A stretch of DNA of 64,000 nucleotides from Eledone cirrhosa (Eukaryota), in NCBI GenBank assembly GCA_964016885.1, contig OZ024740.1:40238001-40302000 (forward strand), written 5' to 3'. This document shows positions 33,781 through 52,671 of the stretch, piece after piece. Position 1 is the stretch's first letter, and every line of letters starts with the position of its first letter. The position numbers and the translations under genes were made by a program. The notes under the pieces are model-generated. The model was not told the origin of the DNA. It did no database searches and worked only from the letters and a program-made list of their open reading frames with translations.

Positions 33781-36700
33781 GACCATCACCATCACTAGCA
33801 CAATGATATATACCTAGACAATGTAGAACATTCTCCAATAATACACAGACCATCACCATCAGTAGCACAATGATATATAGCTAGACAATGTAGAACATTC
33901 AGCAATAATACACAGACCATCACCATCACTAGCACAATGATATATACCTAGACAATGTAGAACATTCTCCAATAATACGCAGACCATCAACATCACTAGC
34001 ACAATGATATATACCTAGACAATGTAGAACATTCTCCAATAATACGCAGACCATCACCATCACTAGCACAATGATATATACCTAGACAATGTAGAACATT
34101 CTCCAATAATACACAGACCATCACCATCACTAGCACAATGATATATACCTAGACAATGTAGAACATTCTCCAATAATACGCAGACCATCACCATCACTAG
34201 CACAATGATATATACCTAGACAATGTAGAACATTCTCCAATAATACGCAGACCATCACCATCATTAGCACAATGATATATACCAAGACAATGTAGAACAT
34301 TCACCAATAATACACAGACCATCACCATCACTAGTACAATGATATATACCTAGACAATGTAGAACATTCACCAATAATACACAGACCATCACCATCACTA
34401 GTACAATGATATATACCTAGACAATGTAGAACATTCTCCAATAATACACAGACCATCACCATCACTAGCACAATGATATATACCTAGACAATGTAGAACA
34501 TTCTCCAATAATACACAGACCATCACCATCACTAGCACAATGATATATACTAAGACAATGTAGAACATTCAACAATAATACACAGACCATCACCATCACT
34601 ACCACAATGATATATACCTAAACAATGTAGAACATTCTCCAATAATACACAGACCATCACCATCACTAATACAATGATATATACCTAGACAATGTAGAAC
34701 ATTCAACAATAATACACAGACCATCACCATCACTACCACAATGATATATACCTAGACAATGTAGAACATTCTCCAATAATACCAAGACCATCACCATCAA
34801 TACCACAATGATATATACCTAGACAATGTAGAACATTCTCCCATAATACACAGACCATCACCATCACTAGTACAATGATATATACCTAGACAATGTAGAA
34901 CATTCTCCAATAGTAACCAGACCATCACCATCACTAGAACAATGATATATACCTAGACAATGTAGAACATTCTCCAATAATACGCAGACCATCACCATCA
35001 CTAGCACAATGATATATACCTAGACAATGTAGAACATTCTCCAATAATACGCAGACCAGCACCATCAGTAGCACAATGATATATACCTAGACAATGTAGA
35101 ACACTCACCAATAATACACAGACCATCACCATCACTAGTACAATGATATATACCTAGACAATGTAGAACATTCTCCAATAATACACAGACCATCACCATC
35201 AGTAGCACAATGATATATACCTAGACGATGTAGAACATTCAGCAATAATACACAGACCATCACCATCACTAGCACAATGATATATACCTAGACAATGTAG
35301 AACATTCTCCAATAATACGCAGACCATCACCATCACTAGCACAATGATATATACCTAGACAATGTAGAACATTCTCCAATAATACGCAGACCATCACCAT
35401 CACTAGCACAATGATATATACCTAGACAATGTAGAACATTCTCCAATAATACACAGACCATCACCATCACTAGCACAATGATATATACCTAGACAATGTA
35501 GAACATTCTCCAATAATACGCAGACCATCACCATCACTAGCACAATGATATATACCTAGACAATGTAGAACATTCTCCAATAATACGCAGACCATCCCCA
35601 TCATTAGCACAATGATATATACCAAGACAATGTAGAACATTCACCAATAATACACAGACCATCACCATCACTAGTACAATGATATATACCTAGACAATGT
35701 AGAACATTCACCAATAATACACAGACCATCACCATCACTAGTACAATGATATATACCTAGACAATGTAGAACATTCTCCAATAATACACAGACCATCACC
35801 ATCACTAGCACAATGATATATACCTAGACAATGTAGAACATTCTCCAATAATACACAGACCATCACCATCACTAGCACAATGATATATACCTAGACAATG
35901 TAGAACATTCTCCAATAATACACAGACCATCGCCATCACTAGCACAATGATATATACCTAGACAATGTAGAACATTCTCCAATAATACACAGACCATCAC
36001 CATCACTAGCACAATGATATATACCTAGACAATGTAGAACATTCTCCCATAATACACAGACCATCACCATCACTAGTACAATGATATATACCTAGACAAT
36101 GTAGAACACTCACCAATAATACACAGACCATCACCATCACAATGATATATACCTAGACAATGTAGAACATTCAACAATAATACACAGACCATCACCATCA
36201 CAATGATATATACCTTGACAATGTAGAACACTCACCAATAATACGCAGACCATCACCATCACAATGATATATACCTTGACAATGTAGAACACTCACCAAT
36301 AATACACAGACCATCACCATCACAATGATATATACCTAGACAACGTAGAACACTCAACAATAATACACAGACCATCACCATCACTAGTACAATGATATAT
36401 ACCTAAACAATGTAGAACATTCAACAATAATACACAGACCATCACCATCACTAGCACAATGATATATACCTAGACAATGTAGAACATTCTCCAATAATAC
36501 ACAGACCATCACCATCACTAGCACAAATATATATACCTAGACAATGTAGAAGACTCACCAATAATACACAGACCATCACCATCACTAGTACAATGATATA
36601 TACCTAGTCAATGTAGAACATTCTCCAATAATACACAGACCATCACCATCACTAGCACAATGATATATACCTAGACAATGTAGAACATTCTCCAATAATA

Positions 36701-39700
36701 CACAGACCATCACCATCACTAGCACAATGATATATACCTAGACAATGTAGAACATTCTCCAATAATACACAGACCATCACCATCACTAGCACAATGATAT
36801 ATACCTAGACAATGTAGAACACTCACCAATAATACACAGACCATCACCATCACTAGCACAAGGATATATACCTAGACAATGTAGAACATTCTCCAATAAT
36901 ACACAGACCATCACCATCACTAGCACAATGATATATACCTAGACAATGTAGAACACTCACCAATAATACACAGACCATCACCATCACTAGTACAATGATA
37001 TATACCTAGACAATGTAGAACATTCTCCAATAATACGCAGACCATCACCATCACTAGTACAATGATATATACCTAGAAAATGTAGAACATTCTCCAATAA
37101 TACAGAGACCATCACCATCACTAGTACAATGATATATACCTAGACAATGTAGAACATTCTCCAATAATACACAGACCATCACCATCACTAGTACAATGAT
37201 ATATACCTAGACAATGTAGAACATTCTCCAATAATACACAGACCATCACCATCACTAGTACAATGATATATACCTAGACAATGTAGAACATTCTCCAATA
37301 ATACACAGACCATCACCATCACTAGCACAATGATATATACCTAGACAATGTAGAACACTCACCAATAATACACAGACCATCACCATCACTAGTACAATGA
37401 TATATACCTAGACAATGTAGAACATTCTCCAATAATACGCAGACCATCACCATCACTAGTACAATGATATATACCTAGACAACGTAGAACATTCTCCAAA
37501 AATACACAGACCATCACCGTCACTAGCACAATGATATATACCTAGACAATGTAGAACACTCACCAATAATACACAGACCATCACCATCACTAGTACAATG
37601 TAGAACATTCACCAATACACAGACCATCACCATCACTAGTACAATGATATATACCTAGACAATGTAGAACACTCACCAATAATACACAGACCATCACCAT
37701 CACAATGATATATACCTAGACAATGTAGAACATTCAACAATAATACACAGACCATCACCATCACAATGATATATACCTTGACAATGTAGAACACTCACCA
37801 ATAATACGCAGACCATCACCATCACAATGATATATACCTTGACAATGTAGAACACTCACCAATAATACACAGACCATCACCATCACAATGATATATACCT
37901 AGACAACGTAGAACACTCAACAATATACACAGACCATCACCATCACTAGTACAATGATATATACCTAAACAATGTAGAACATTCAACAATAATACACAGA
38001 CCATCACCATCACTAGCACAATGATATATACCTAGACAATGTAGAACATTCTCCAATAATACACAGACCATCACCATCACTAGCACAAATATATATACCT
38101 AGACAATGTAGAAGACTCACCAATAATACACAGACCATCACCATCACTAGTACAATGATATATACCTAGTCAATGTAGAACATTCTCCAATAATACACAG
38201 ACCATCACCATCACTAGCACAATGATATATACCTAGACAATGTAGAACATTCTCCAATAATACACAGACCATCACCATCACTAGCACAATGATATATACC
38301 TAGACAATGTAGAACATTCTCCAATAATACACAGACCATCACCATCACTAGCACAATGATATATACCTAGACAATGTAGAACACTCACCAATAATACACA
38401 GACCATCACCATCACTAGCACAAGGATATATACCTAGACAATGTAGAACATTCTCCAATAATACACAGACCATCACCATCACTAGCACAATGATATATAC
38501 CTAGACAATGTAGAACACTCACCAATAATACACAGACCATCACCATCACTAGTACAATGATATATACCTAGACAATGTAGAACATTCTCCAATAATACGC
38601 AGACCATCACCATCACTAGTACAATGATATATACCTAGAAAATGTAGAACATTCTCCAATAATACAGAGACCATCACCATCACTAGTACAATGATATATA
38701 CCTAGACAATGTAGAACATTCTCCAATAATACACAGACCATCACCATCACTAGTACAATGATATATACCTAGACAATGTAGAACATTCTCCAATAATACA
38801 CAGACCATCACCATCACTAGTACAATGATATATACCTAGACAATGTAGAACATTCTCCAATAATACACAGACCATCACCATCACTAGCACAATGATATAT
38901 ACCTAGACAATGTAGAACACTCACCAATAATACACAGACCATCACCATCACTAGTACAATGATATATACCTAGACAATGTAGAACATTCTCCAATAATAC
39001 GCAGACCATCACCATCACTAGTACAATGATATATACCTAGACAACGTAGAACATTCTCCAAAAATACACAGACCATCACCGTCACTAGCACAATGATATA
39101 TACCTAGACAATGTAGAACACTCAACAATAATACACAGACCATCACCATCACTAGTACAATGATATATACCTAAACAATGTAGAACATTCTCCAAAAATA
39201 CAGACCATCACCATCACTAGCACAATGATATATACCTAGACAATGTAGAACATTCTCCAATAATACACAGACCATCACCATCACTAGCACAATGATATAT
39301 ACCTAGACAATGTAGAACATTCTCCAATAATACACAGACCATCACCATCACTAGTACAATGATATATACCTAGACAATGTAGAACATTCAACAATAATAC
39401 ACAGACCATCACCATCACTACCACAATGATATATACCTAGACAATGTAGAACATTCTCCAATAATACACAGACCATCACCATCACTAGCACAATGATATA
39501 TACCTAGACAATGTAGAACACTCAACAATAATACACAGACCATCACCATCACTAGCACAATGATATATACCTAGACAATGTAGAACACTCACCAATAATA
39601 CACAGACCATCACCATCACTAGTACAATGATATATACCTAGACAATGTAGAACATTCTCCAATAATACACAGACCATCACCATCAGTAGCACAATGATAT

Positions 39701-42700
39701 ATACCTAGACGATGTAGAACATTCAGCAATAATACACAGACCATCACCATCACTAGCACAATGATATATACCTAGACAATGTAGAACATTCTCCAATAAT
39801 ACGCAGACCATCACCATCACTAGCACAATGATATATACCTAGACAATGTAGAACATTCTCCAATAATACGCAGACCATCACCATCACTAGCACAATGATA
39901 TATACCTAGACAATGTAGAACATTCTCCAATAATACGCAGACCATCACCATCACTAGCACAATGATATATACCTAGACAATGTAGAACATTCTCCAATAA
40001 TACGCAGACCATCACCATCACTAGCACAATGATATATATCTAGACAATGTAGAACATTCTCCAATAATACGCAGACCATCCCCATCATTAGCACAATGAT
40101 ATATACCAAGACAATGTAGAACATTCACCAATAATACACAGACCATCACCATCACTAGTACAATGATATATACCTAGACAATGTAGAACATTCACCAATA
40201 ATACACAGACCATCACCATCACTAGTACAATGATATATACCTAGACAATGTAGAACATTCTCCAATAATACACAGACCATCACCATCACTAGCACAATGA
40301 TATATACCTAGACAATGTAGAACATTCTCCAATAATACACAGACCATCACCATCACTAGCACAATGATATATACCTAGACAATGTAGAACATTCTCCAAT
40401 AATACACAGACCATCGCCATCACTAGCACAATGATATATACCTAGACAATGTAGAACATTCTCCAATAATACACAGACCATCACCATCACTAGCACAATG
40501 ATATATACCTAGACAATGTAGAACATTCTCCCATAATACACAGACCATCACCATCACTAGTACAATGATATATACCTAGACAATGTAGAACACTCACCAA
40601 TAATACACAGACCATCACCATCACAATGATATATACCTAGACAATGTAGAACATTCAACAATAATACACAGACCATCACCATCACAATGATATATACCTT
40701 GACAATGTAGAACACTCACCAATAATACGCAGACCATCACCATCACAATGATATATACCTTGACAATGTAGAACACTCACCAATAATACACAGACCATCA
40801 CCATCACAATGATATATACCTAGACAACGTAGAACATTCAACAATAATACACAGACCATCACCATCACTAGTACAATGATATATACCTAAACAATGTAGA
40901 ACATTCAACAATAATACACAGACCATCACCATCACTAGCACAATGATATATACCTAGACAATGTAGAACATTCTCCAATAATACACAGACCATCACCATC
41001 ACTAGCACAAATATATATACCTAGACAATGTAGAAGACTCACCAATAATACACAGACCATCACCATCACTAGTACAATGATATATACCTAGTCAATGTAG
41101 AACATTCTCCAATAATACACAGACCATCACCATCACTAGCACAATGATATATACCTAGACAATGTAGAACATTCTCCAATAATACACAGACCATCACCAT
41201 CACTAGCACAATGATATATACCTAGACAATGTAGAACATTCTCCAATAATACACAGACCATCACCATCACTAGCACAATGATATATACCTAGACAATGTA
41301 GAACACTCACCAATAATACACAGACCATCACCATCACTAGCACAAGGATATATACCTAGACAATGTAGAACATTCTCCAATAATACACAGACCATCACCA
41401 TCACTAGCACAATGATATATACCTAGACAATGTAGAACATTCTCCAATAATACACAGACCATCACCATCACTAGCACAATGATATATACCTAGACAATGT
41501 AGAACGTTCTCCAATAATACACAGACCATCACCATCACTAGTACAATGATATATACCTAGACAATGTAGAACACTCACCAATAATACACAGACCATCACG
41601 ATCACAATGATATATACCTAGACAATGTAGAACATTCAACAATAATACACAGACCATCACCATCACTAGTACAATGATATATACCTAGACAATGTAGAAC
41701 ACTCACTAATAATACACAGACCGTCACCATCACTAGCACAATGACATATACCTAGACAATGTAGAACACTCTCCAATAATACACAAACCATCACCATCAC
41801 TAGCACAATGATATATACCTAGACAATGTAGAACATTCTCCAATAATACACAGACCATCACCATCACTAGCACAATGATATATACCTAGACAATGTAGAA
41901 CGTTCTCCAATAATACACAGACCATCACCATCACTAGTACAATGATATATACCTAGACAATGTAGAACACTCACCAATAATACACAGACCATCACCATCA
42001 CTAGTACAATGATATATACCTAGACAATGTAGAACATTCTCCAATAATACGCAGACCATCACCATCACTAGTACAATGATATATACCTAGACAATGTAGA
42101 ACACTCAACAATAATACACAGACCATCACCATCACTAGTACAATGATATATACCTAGACAATGTAGAACATTCTCCAATAATACGCAGACCATCACCATC
42201 ACTAGTACAATGATATATACCTAGACAATGTAGAACATTCTCCAATAATACACAGACCATCACCATCACTAGCACAATGATATATACCTAGACAATGTAG
42301 AACACTCTCCAATAATACACAGACCATCACCATCACTAGCACAATGATATATACCTAGACAATGTAGAACATTCTCCAAAAATACACAGACCATCACTAT
42401 CACTAGCACAATGATATATACCTAGACAATGTAGAACACTCACCAATAATACACAGACCATCACCATCACTAGCACAATGATATATACCTAGACAATGTA
42501 GAACATTCTCCAATAATACACAGACCATCACCATCACTAGCACAATGATATATACCTAGACAATGTAGAACACTCACCAATAATACACAGACCATCACCA
42601 TCACTAGCACAATGATATATACCTAGACAATGTAGAACATTCACCAATAATACACAGACCATCGCCATCACTAGCACAATGATATATACCTAGACAATGT

Positions 42701-45700
42701 AGAACACTCACCAATAATACACAGACCATCACCATCACTAGCACAATGATATATACCTGGACAATGTAGAACATTCTCCAATAATACACAGACCATCACC
42801 ATCACTAGCACAATGATATATACTAAGACAATGTAGAACATTCAACAATAATACACAGACCATCACCATCACTACCACAATGATATATACCTAGACAATG
42901 TAGAACATTCTCCAATAATACACAGACCATCACTAATACAATGATATATACCTAGACAATGTAGAACATTCAACAATAATACACAGACCATCACCATCAC
43001 TACCACAATGATATATACCTAGACAATGTAGAACATTCTCCAATAATACCCAGACCATCACCATCGATACCACAATGATATATACCTAGACAATGTAGAA
43101 CGTTCTCCCATAATACACAGACCATCACCATCACTAGTACAATGATATATACCTAGACAATGTAGAACATTCTCCAATAGTAAGCAGACCATCACCATCA
43201 CTAGAACAATGATATATACCTAGACAATGTAGAACATGCTGCAATAATACAGACCATCACCATCACTAGTACAATGATATATAGCTAGACAATGTAGAAC
43301 ACTCACCAATAATACACAGACCATCACCATCACAATGATATATACCTAGACAATGTAGAACATTCTCCAATAATACGCAGACCATCACCATCACTAGTAC
43401 AATGATATATACCTAGACAATGTAGAACATTCTCCAATAATACACAGACCATCACCATCACTAGCACAATGATATATACCTAGACAATGTAGAACACTCT
43501 CCAATAATACACAGACCATCACCATCACTAGTACAATTATATATACCTAGACAATGTAGAACATTCTCCAATAATACACAGACAATCACATCACTAGTAC
43601 AATGATATATACCTAGACAATGTAGAACATTCTCCAATAATACAGACCATCACCATCACTAGCACAATGATATATACCTAGACAATGTAGAACACTCACC
43701 AATAATACACAGACCATCACCATCACTAGTACAATGATAAATACCTAGACAATGTAGAACATTCTCCAATAATACGCAGACCATCACCATCACTAGTACA
43801 ATGATATATACCTAGACAATGTAGAACACTCAACAATAATACACAGACCATCACCATCACTAGTACAATGATATATACCTAGACAATGTAGAACATTCTC
43901 CAAAAATACAGACCATCACCATCACTAGCACAATGATATATACCTAGACAATGTAGAACATTCTCCAATAATACACAGACCATCACCATCACTAGCACAA
44001 TGATATATAACTAGACAATGTAGAACATTCTCCAATAATACACAGACCATCACCATCACTAGTACAATGATATATACCTAGACAATGTAGAACATTCAAC
44101 AATAATACACAGACCATCACCATCACTACCACAATGATATATACCTAGACAATGTAGAACATTCTCCAATAATACACAGACCATCACCATCACTAGCACA
44201 ATGATATATACTAAGACAATGTAGAACATTCAACAATAATACACAGACCATCACCATCACTACCACAATGATATATACCTAGACAATGTAGAACATTCTC
44301 CAATAATACACAGACCATCACCATCACTAATACAATGATATATACCTAGACAATGTAGAACATTCAACAATAATACACAGACCATCACCATCACTACCAC
44401 AATGATATATACCTAGACAATGTAGAACATTCTCCCATAATACACAGACCATCACCATCACTAGTACAATGATATATACCTAGACAATGTAGAACATTCT
44501 CCAATAGTAAGCAGACCATCACCATCACTATAACAATGATATATACCTAGACAATGTAGAACATTCTCCCATAATACACAGACCATCACCATCACTAGTA
44601 CAATGATATATACCTAGACAATGTAGAACATTCTCCAATAGTAAGCAGACCATCACCATCACTATAACAATGATATATACCTAGACAATGTAGAACATGC
44701 TGCAATAATACAGACCATCACCATCACTAGTACAATGATATATAGCTAGACAATGTAGAACACTCACCAATAATACACAGACCATCACCATCACAATGAT
44801 ATATACCTAGACAATGTAGAACATTCTCCAATAATAGACAGACCATCACCATCACTAGCACAATGATATATACCTAGACAATGTAGAACATTCTCCCATA
44901 ATACACAGACCATCACCATCACTAGTACAATGATATATACCTAGACAATGTAGAACACTCACCAATAATACACAGACCATCACCATCACAATGATATATA
45001 CCTAGACAATGTAGAACATTCAACAATAATACACAGACCATCACCATCACAATGATATATACCTTGACAATGTAGAACACTCACCAATAATACGCAGACC
45101 ATCACCATCACAATGATATATACCTTGACAATGTAGAACACTCACCAATAATACACAGACCATCACCATCACAATGATATATACCTTGACAATGTAGAAC
45201 ACTCACCAATAATACACAGACCATCACCATCACAATGATATATACCTAGACAATGTAGAACATTCAACAATAATACACAGACCATCACCATCACTAGTAC
45301 AATGATATATACCTAAACAATGTAGAACATTCAACAATAATACACAGACCATCACCATCACTAGCACAATGATATATACCTAGACAATGTAGAACATTCT
45401 CCAAAAATACACAGACCATCACCATCACTAGCACAATGATATATACCTAGACAATGTAGAACATTCTCCAATAATACACAGACCATCACCATCACTAGTA
45501 CAATGATATATACCTAGACAATGTAGAACATTCTCCAATAATACACAGACGATCACCATCACTAGTACAATGATACATACCTAGACAATGTAGAACACTC
45601 AACAATAATACACAGACCATCACCATCACTAGCACAATGATATATACCTAGACAATGTAGAACACTCACCAATAATACACAGACCATCACCATCACTAGT

Positions 45701-48700
45701 ACAATGATATATACCTAGACAATGTAGAACACTCACCAATAATACACAGACCATCACCATCACTAGTACAATGTAGAACATTCACCAATACACAGACCAT
45801 CACCATCACTAGTACAATGATATATGCCTAGACAATGTAGAACATTCTCCCATAATACACAGACCATCACCATCACTAGCACAATGATATATACCTAGAC
45901 AATCTAGAACATTCTCCAATAATACACAGACCATCACCATCAGTACCACAATGATATATACCTAGACAATGTAGAACATTCTCCAATAATACACAGACCA
46001 TCACCATCACTAGCACAATGATATATACCTAGACAATCTAGAACATTCTCCAATAATACACAGACCATCACCATCACTAGCACAATGATATATACCTAGA
46101 CAATCTAGAAGTCTCACCAATAATACACAGACCATCACCATCACTACCACAATGATATATACCTAGACAATGTAGAACATTCAACAATAATACACAGATC
46201 ATCACCATCACTACCACAATGATATATACCTAGACAATGTAGCACATTCTCCAATAAAACACAGACCATCACCATCACTAGCACAATGATATATACCTAG
46301 ACAATGTAGAACATTCTCCAATAATACACAGACCATCACCATCACTATCACAAATATATATACCTAGACAATGTAGAACATTTTCCAATAATACACAGAC
46401 CATCACCATCACTACCACAATGATATATACCTAGACAATGTAGAACGTTCTCCAATAATACACAGACCATCACCATCACTAGCACAATGATATATACCTA
46501 GACAATGTAGAACACTCACCAATAATACACAGACCATCACCATCACTAGCACAATGATATATACCTAGACAATGTAGAACATTCTCCAATAATACACAGA
46601 CCATCACCATCACTAGCACCATGATATATAAATAGACAATGTAGAACATTCTCCAAAAATGCACAGACCATCACCATCACTAGTACAATGATATATACCT
46701 AGACAATGTAGAACACTCACTAATAATACACAGACCATCACCATCACTAGCACAATGACATATACCTAGACAATGTAGAACATTCAACAAAAATACACAG
46801 ACCATCACCATCACTAGTACAATGATATATACCTAGACAATGTAGAACACTCACCAATAATACACAGACCATCACCATCACTAGCACAATGATATATACC
46901 TAGACAATGTAGAACACTCACCAATAATACACAGACCATCACCATCACTAGCACAATGATATATACCTAGACAATGTAGAACACTCACCAATAATACACA
47001 GACCATCACCATCACAATGATATATACCTACACAATGTAGAACATTCAACAATAATACACAGACCATCACCATCAATATGATATATACCTTGACAATGTA
47101 GAACACTCACCAATAATACGCAGACCATCACCATCACAATGATATATACCTTGACAATGTAGAACACTCACCAATAATACACAGACCATCACCATCACAA
47201 TGATATATACCTTGACAATGTAGAACGCTCACCAATAATACACAGACCATCACCATCACAATGATATATACCTAGACAATGTAGAACATTCAACAATAAT
47301 ACACAGACCATCACCATCACTAGTACAATGATATATACCTAGACAATGTAGAACACTCACTAATAATACACAGACCATCACCATCATTAGCACAATGACA
47401 TATACCTAGACAATGTAGAACATTCAACAAAAATACACAGACCATCACCATCACTAGTACAATGATATATACCTAGACAATGTAGAACATTCTCCAATAA
47501 TACACAGACCATCACCATCACTACCACAATGATATATACCTAGACAATGTAGAACATTCTCCCATAATACACAGACCATCACCATCAGTAGCACAATGAT
47601 ATATACCTAGACAATGTAGAACATTCTCCCATAATACACAGACCATCACCATCACTAGTACAATGATATATACCTAGACAATGTAGAACATTCTCCAAAA
47701 ATATACAGACCATCACCATCACTAGCACAATGATATATACCTAGACAATGTAGAACATTCTCCAAAAATACACAGACCATCACTATCACTAGCACAATGA
47801 TATATACCTAGACAATGTAGAACACTCACCAATAATACACAGACCATCACCATCACTAGCACAATGATATATACCTAGACAATGTAGAACACTCACCAAT
47901 AATACACAGACCATCACCATCACTAGTACAATGTAGAACATTCACCAATACACAGACCATCACCATCAGTAGTACAATGATATATACCTAGACAACGTAG
48001 AACACTCAACAATTATACACAGACCATCACCATCACTAGCACAATGATATATACCTAGACAATGTAGAACACTCAACAATAATACACACCATCACCATCA
48101 CTAGTACAATGATATATACCTAGACAATGTAAAACATTCTCCAATAATACACAGACCATCACCATCACTACCACAATGATATATACCTAGACAATGTAGA
48201 ACACTCACCAATAATACACAGACCATCACCATCACTAGTACAGTGATATATACCTAGACAATGTAGAACATTCTCCAATAATACACAGACCATCACCATC
48301 ACTAGCACAATGACATATACCTAGACAATGTAGAACATTCAACAAAAATACACAGACCATCACCATCACTAGTACAATGTAGAACATTCACCAATACACA
48401 GACCATCACCATCACTAGTACAATGATATATACCTAGACAATGTAGAACATTCTCCCATAATACACAGACCATCACCATCACTAGCACAATGATATATAC
48501 CTAGACAATCTAGAACATTCTCCAATAATACACAGACCATCACCATCAGTACCACAATGATATATACCTAGACAATGTAGAACATTCTCCAATAATACAC
48601 AGACCATCACCATCACTAGCACAATGATATATACCTAGACAATCTAGAACATTCTCCAATAATACACAGACCATCACCATCACTAGCACAAATATATATA

Positions 48701-51700
48701 CCTAGACAATCTAGAAGACTCACCAATAATACACAGACCATCACCATCACTAGCACAATGATATATACCTAGACAATCTAGAAGTCTCACCAATAATACA
48801 CAGACCATCACCATCACTACCACAATGATATATACCTAGACAATGTAGAACATTCAACAATAATACACAGATCATCACCATCACTACCACAATGATATAT
48901 ACCTAGACAATGTAGCACATTCTCCAATAAAACACAGACCATCACCATCACTAGCACAATGATATATACCTAGACAATGTAGAACATTCTCCAATAATAC
49001 ACAGACCATCACCATCACTATCACAAATATATATACCTAAACAATGTAGAACATTTTCCAATAATACACAGACCATCACCATCACTACCACAATGATATA
49101 TACCTAGACAATGTAGAACGTTCTCCAATAATACACAGACCATCACCATCACTAGCACAATGATATATACCTAGACAATGTAGAACACTCACCAATAATA
49201 CACAGACCATCACCATCACTAGCACAATGATATATACCTAGACAATGTAGAACATTCTCCAATAATACACAGACCATAACCATCACTAGCACCATGATAT
49301 ATAAATAGACAATGTAGAACATTCTCCAAAAATACACAGACCATCACCATCACTAGTACAATGATATATACCTAGACAATGTAGAACACTCACTAATAAT
49401 ACACAGACCATCACCATCACTAGCACAATGACATATACCTAGACAATGTAGAACATTCAACAAAAATACACAGACCATCACCATCACTAGTACAATGATA
49501 TATACCTAGACAATGTAGAACACTCACCAATAATACACAGACCATCACCATCACTAGCACAATGATATATACCTAGACAATGTAGAACACTCACCAATAA
49601 TACACAGACCATCACCATCACTAGCACAATGATATATACCTAGACAATGTAGAACACTCACCAATAATACACAGACCATCACCATCACAATGATATATAC
49701 CTAGACAATGTAGAACATTCAACAATAATACACAGACCATCACCATCAATATGATATATACCTTGACAATGTAGAACACTCACCAATAATACGCAGACCA
49801 TCACCATCACAATGATATATACCTTGACAATGTAGAACACTCACCAATAATACACAGACCATCACCATCACAATGATATATACCTTGACAATGTAGAACA
49901 CTCACCAATAATACACAGACCATCACCATCACAATGATATATACCTAGACAATGTAGAACATTCAACAATAATACACAGACCATCACCATCACTAGTACA
50001 ATGATATATACCTAGACAATGTAGAACACTCACTAATAATACATAGACCATCACCATCACTAGCACAATGACATATACCTAGACAATGTAGAACATTCAA
50101 CAAAAATACACAGACCATCACCATCACTAGTACAATGATATATACCTAGACAATGTAGAACATTCTCCAATAATACACAGACCATCACCATCACTACCAC
50201 AATGATATATACCTAGACAATGTAGAACATTCTCCCATAATACACAGACCATCACCATCAGTAGCACAATGATATATACCTAGACAATGTAGAACATTCT
50301 CCCATAATACACAGACCATCACCATCACTAGTACAATGATATATACCTAGACAATGTAGAACACTCACTAATAATACATAGACCATCACCATCACTAGCA
50401 CAATGACATATACCTAGACAATGTAGAACATTCAACAAAAATACACAGACCATCACCATCACTAGTACAATGATATATACCTAGACAATGTAGAACATTC
50501 TCCAATAATACACAGACCATCACCATCACTACCACAATGATATATACCTAGACAATGTAGAACATTCTCCCATAATACACAGACCATCACCATCAGTAGC
50601 ACAATGATATATACCTAGACAATGTAGAACATTCTCCCATAATACACAGACCATCACCATCACTAGTACAATGATATATACCTAGACAATGTAGAACATT
50701 CTCCAAAAATATACAGACCATCACCATCACTAGCACAATGATATATACCTAGACAATGTAGAACATTCTCCAAAAATACACAGACCATCACTATCACTAG
50801 CACAATGATATATACCTAGACAATGTAGAACACTCACCAATAATACACAGACCATCACCATCACTAGCACAATGATATATACCTAGACAATGTAGAACAC
50901 TCACCAATAATACACAGACCATCACCATCACTAGTACAATGTAGAACATTCACCAATACACAGACCATCACCATCAGTAGTACAATGATATATACCTAGA
51001 CAACGTAGAACACTCAACAATAATACACAGACCATCACCATCACTAGCACAATGATATATACCTAGACAATGTAGAACACTCAACAATAATACACACACC
51101 ATCACCATCACTAGTACAATGATATATACCTAGACAATGTAAAACATTCTCCAATAATACACAGACCATCACCATCACTACCACAATGATATATACCTAG
51201 ACAATGTAGAACACTCACCAATAATACACAGACCATCACCATCACTAGTACAGTGATATATACCTAGACAATGTAGAACATTCTCCAATAATACACAGAC
51301 CATCACCATCACTAGCACAATGATATATACCTAGACAATGTAGAACATTCTCCAATAATACAGACCATCACCATCACTAGTACAATGATATATACCTAGA
51401 CAATGTAGAACATTCTCCAAAAATACACAGACCATCACCATCACTAGCACAATGATATATACCTAGACAATGTAGAACATTCTCCAAAAATACACAGACC
51501 ATCACTATCACTAGCACAATGATATATACCTAGACAATGTAGAACACTCACCAATAATACACAGACCATCACCATCACTAGCACAATGATATATACCTAG
51601 ACAATGTAGAACACTCACCAATAATACACAGACCATCACCATCACAATGATATATACCTAGACAATGTAGAACATTCAACAATAATACACAGACCATCAC

Positions 51701-52671
51701 CATCACAATGATATATACCTTGACAATGTAGAACACTCACCAATAATACACAGACCATCACCATCACAATGATATATACCTTGACAATGTAGAACACTCA
51801 CCAATAATACACAGACCATCACCATCACAATGATATATACCATGACAATGTAGAACACTCACCAATAATACACAGACCATCACCAACACAATGATATATA
51901 CCTAGACAATGTAGAACATTCAACAATAATACACAGACCATCACCATCACTAGTACAATGATATATACCTAAACAATGTAGAACATTCAACAATAATACA
52001 CAGACCATCACCATCACTAGCACAATGATATATACCTAGACAATGTAGAACATTCTCCAATAATACACAGACCATCACCATCACTAGCACAAATATATAT
52101 ACCTAGACAATGTAGAAGACTCACCAATAATACACAGACCATCACCATCACTAGCACAATGATATATACCTAGACAATGTAGAATATTCAACAATAATAC
52201 ACAGACCATCACCATCACTAGCACAATGATATATACCTAGACAATGTAGAACATTCTCCAAAAATACACAGACCATAACCATCACTAGCACAATGATATA
52301 TACCTAGACAATGTAGAACATTCTCCAATAATACACAGACCATCACCATCACTAGTACAATGATATATACCTAGACAATGTAGAACATTCTCCAATAATA
52401 CACAGACGATCACCATCACTAGTACAATGATACATACCTAGACAATGTAGAACACTCAACAATAATACACAGACCATCACCATCACTAGCACAATGTAGA
52501 ACATTCACCAATACACAGACCATCACCATCACTAGTACAATGATATATACCTAGACAATGTAGAACATTCTCCAATAATACACAGACGATCACCATCACT
52601 AGTACAATGATACATACCTAGACAATGTAGAACACTCAACAATAATACACAGACCATCACCATCACTAGTA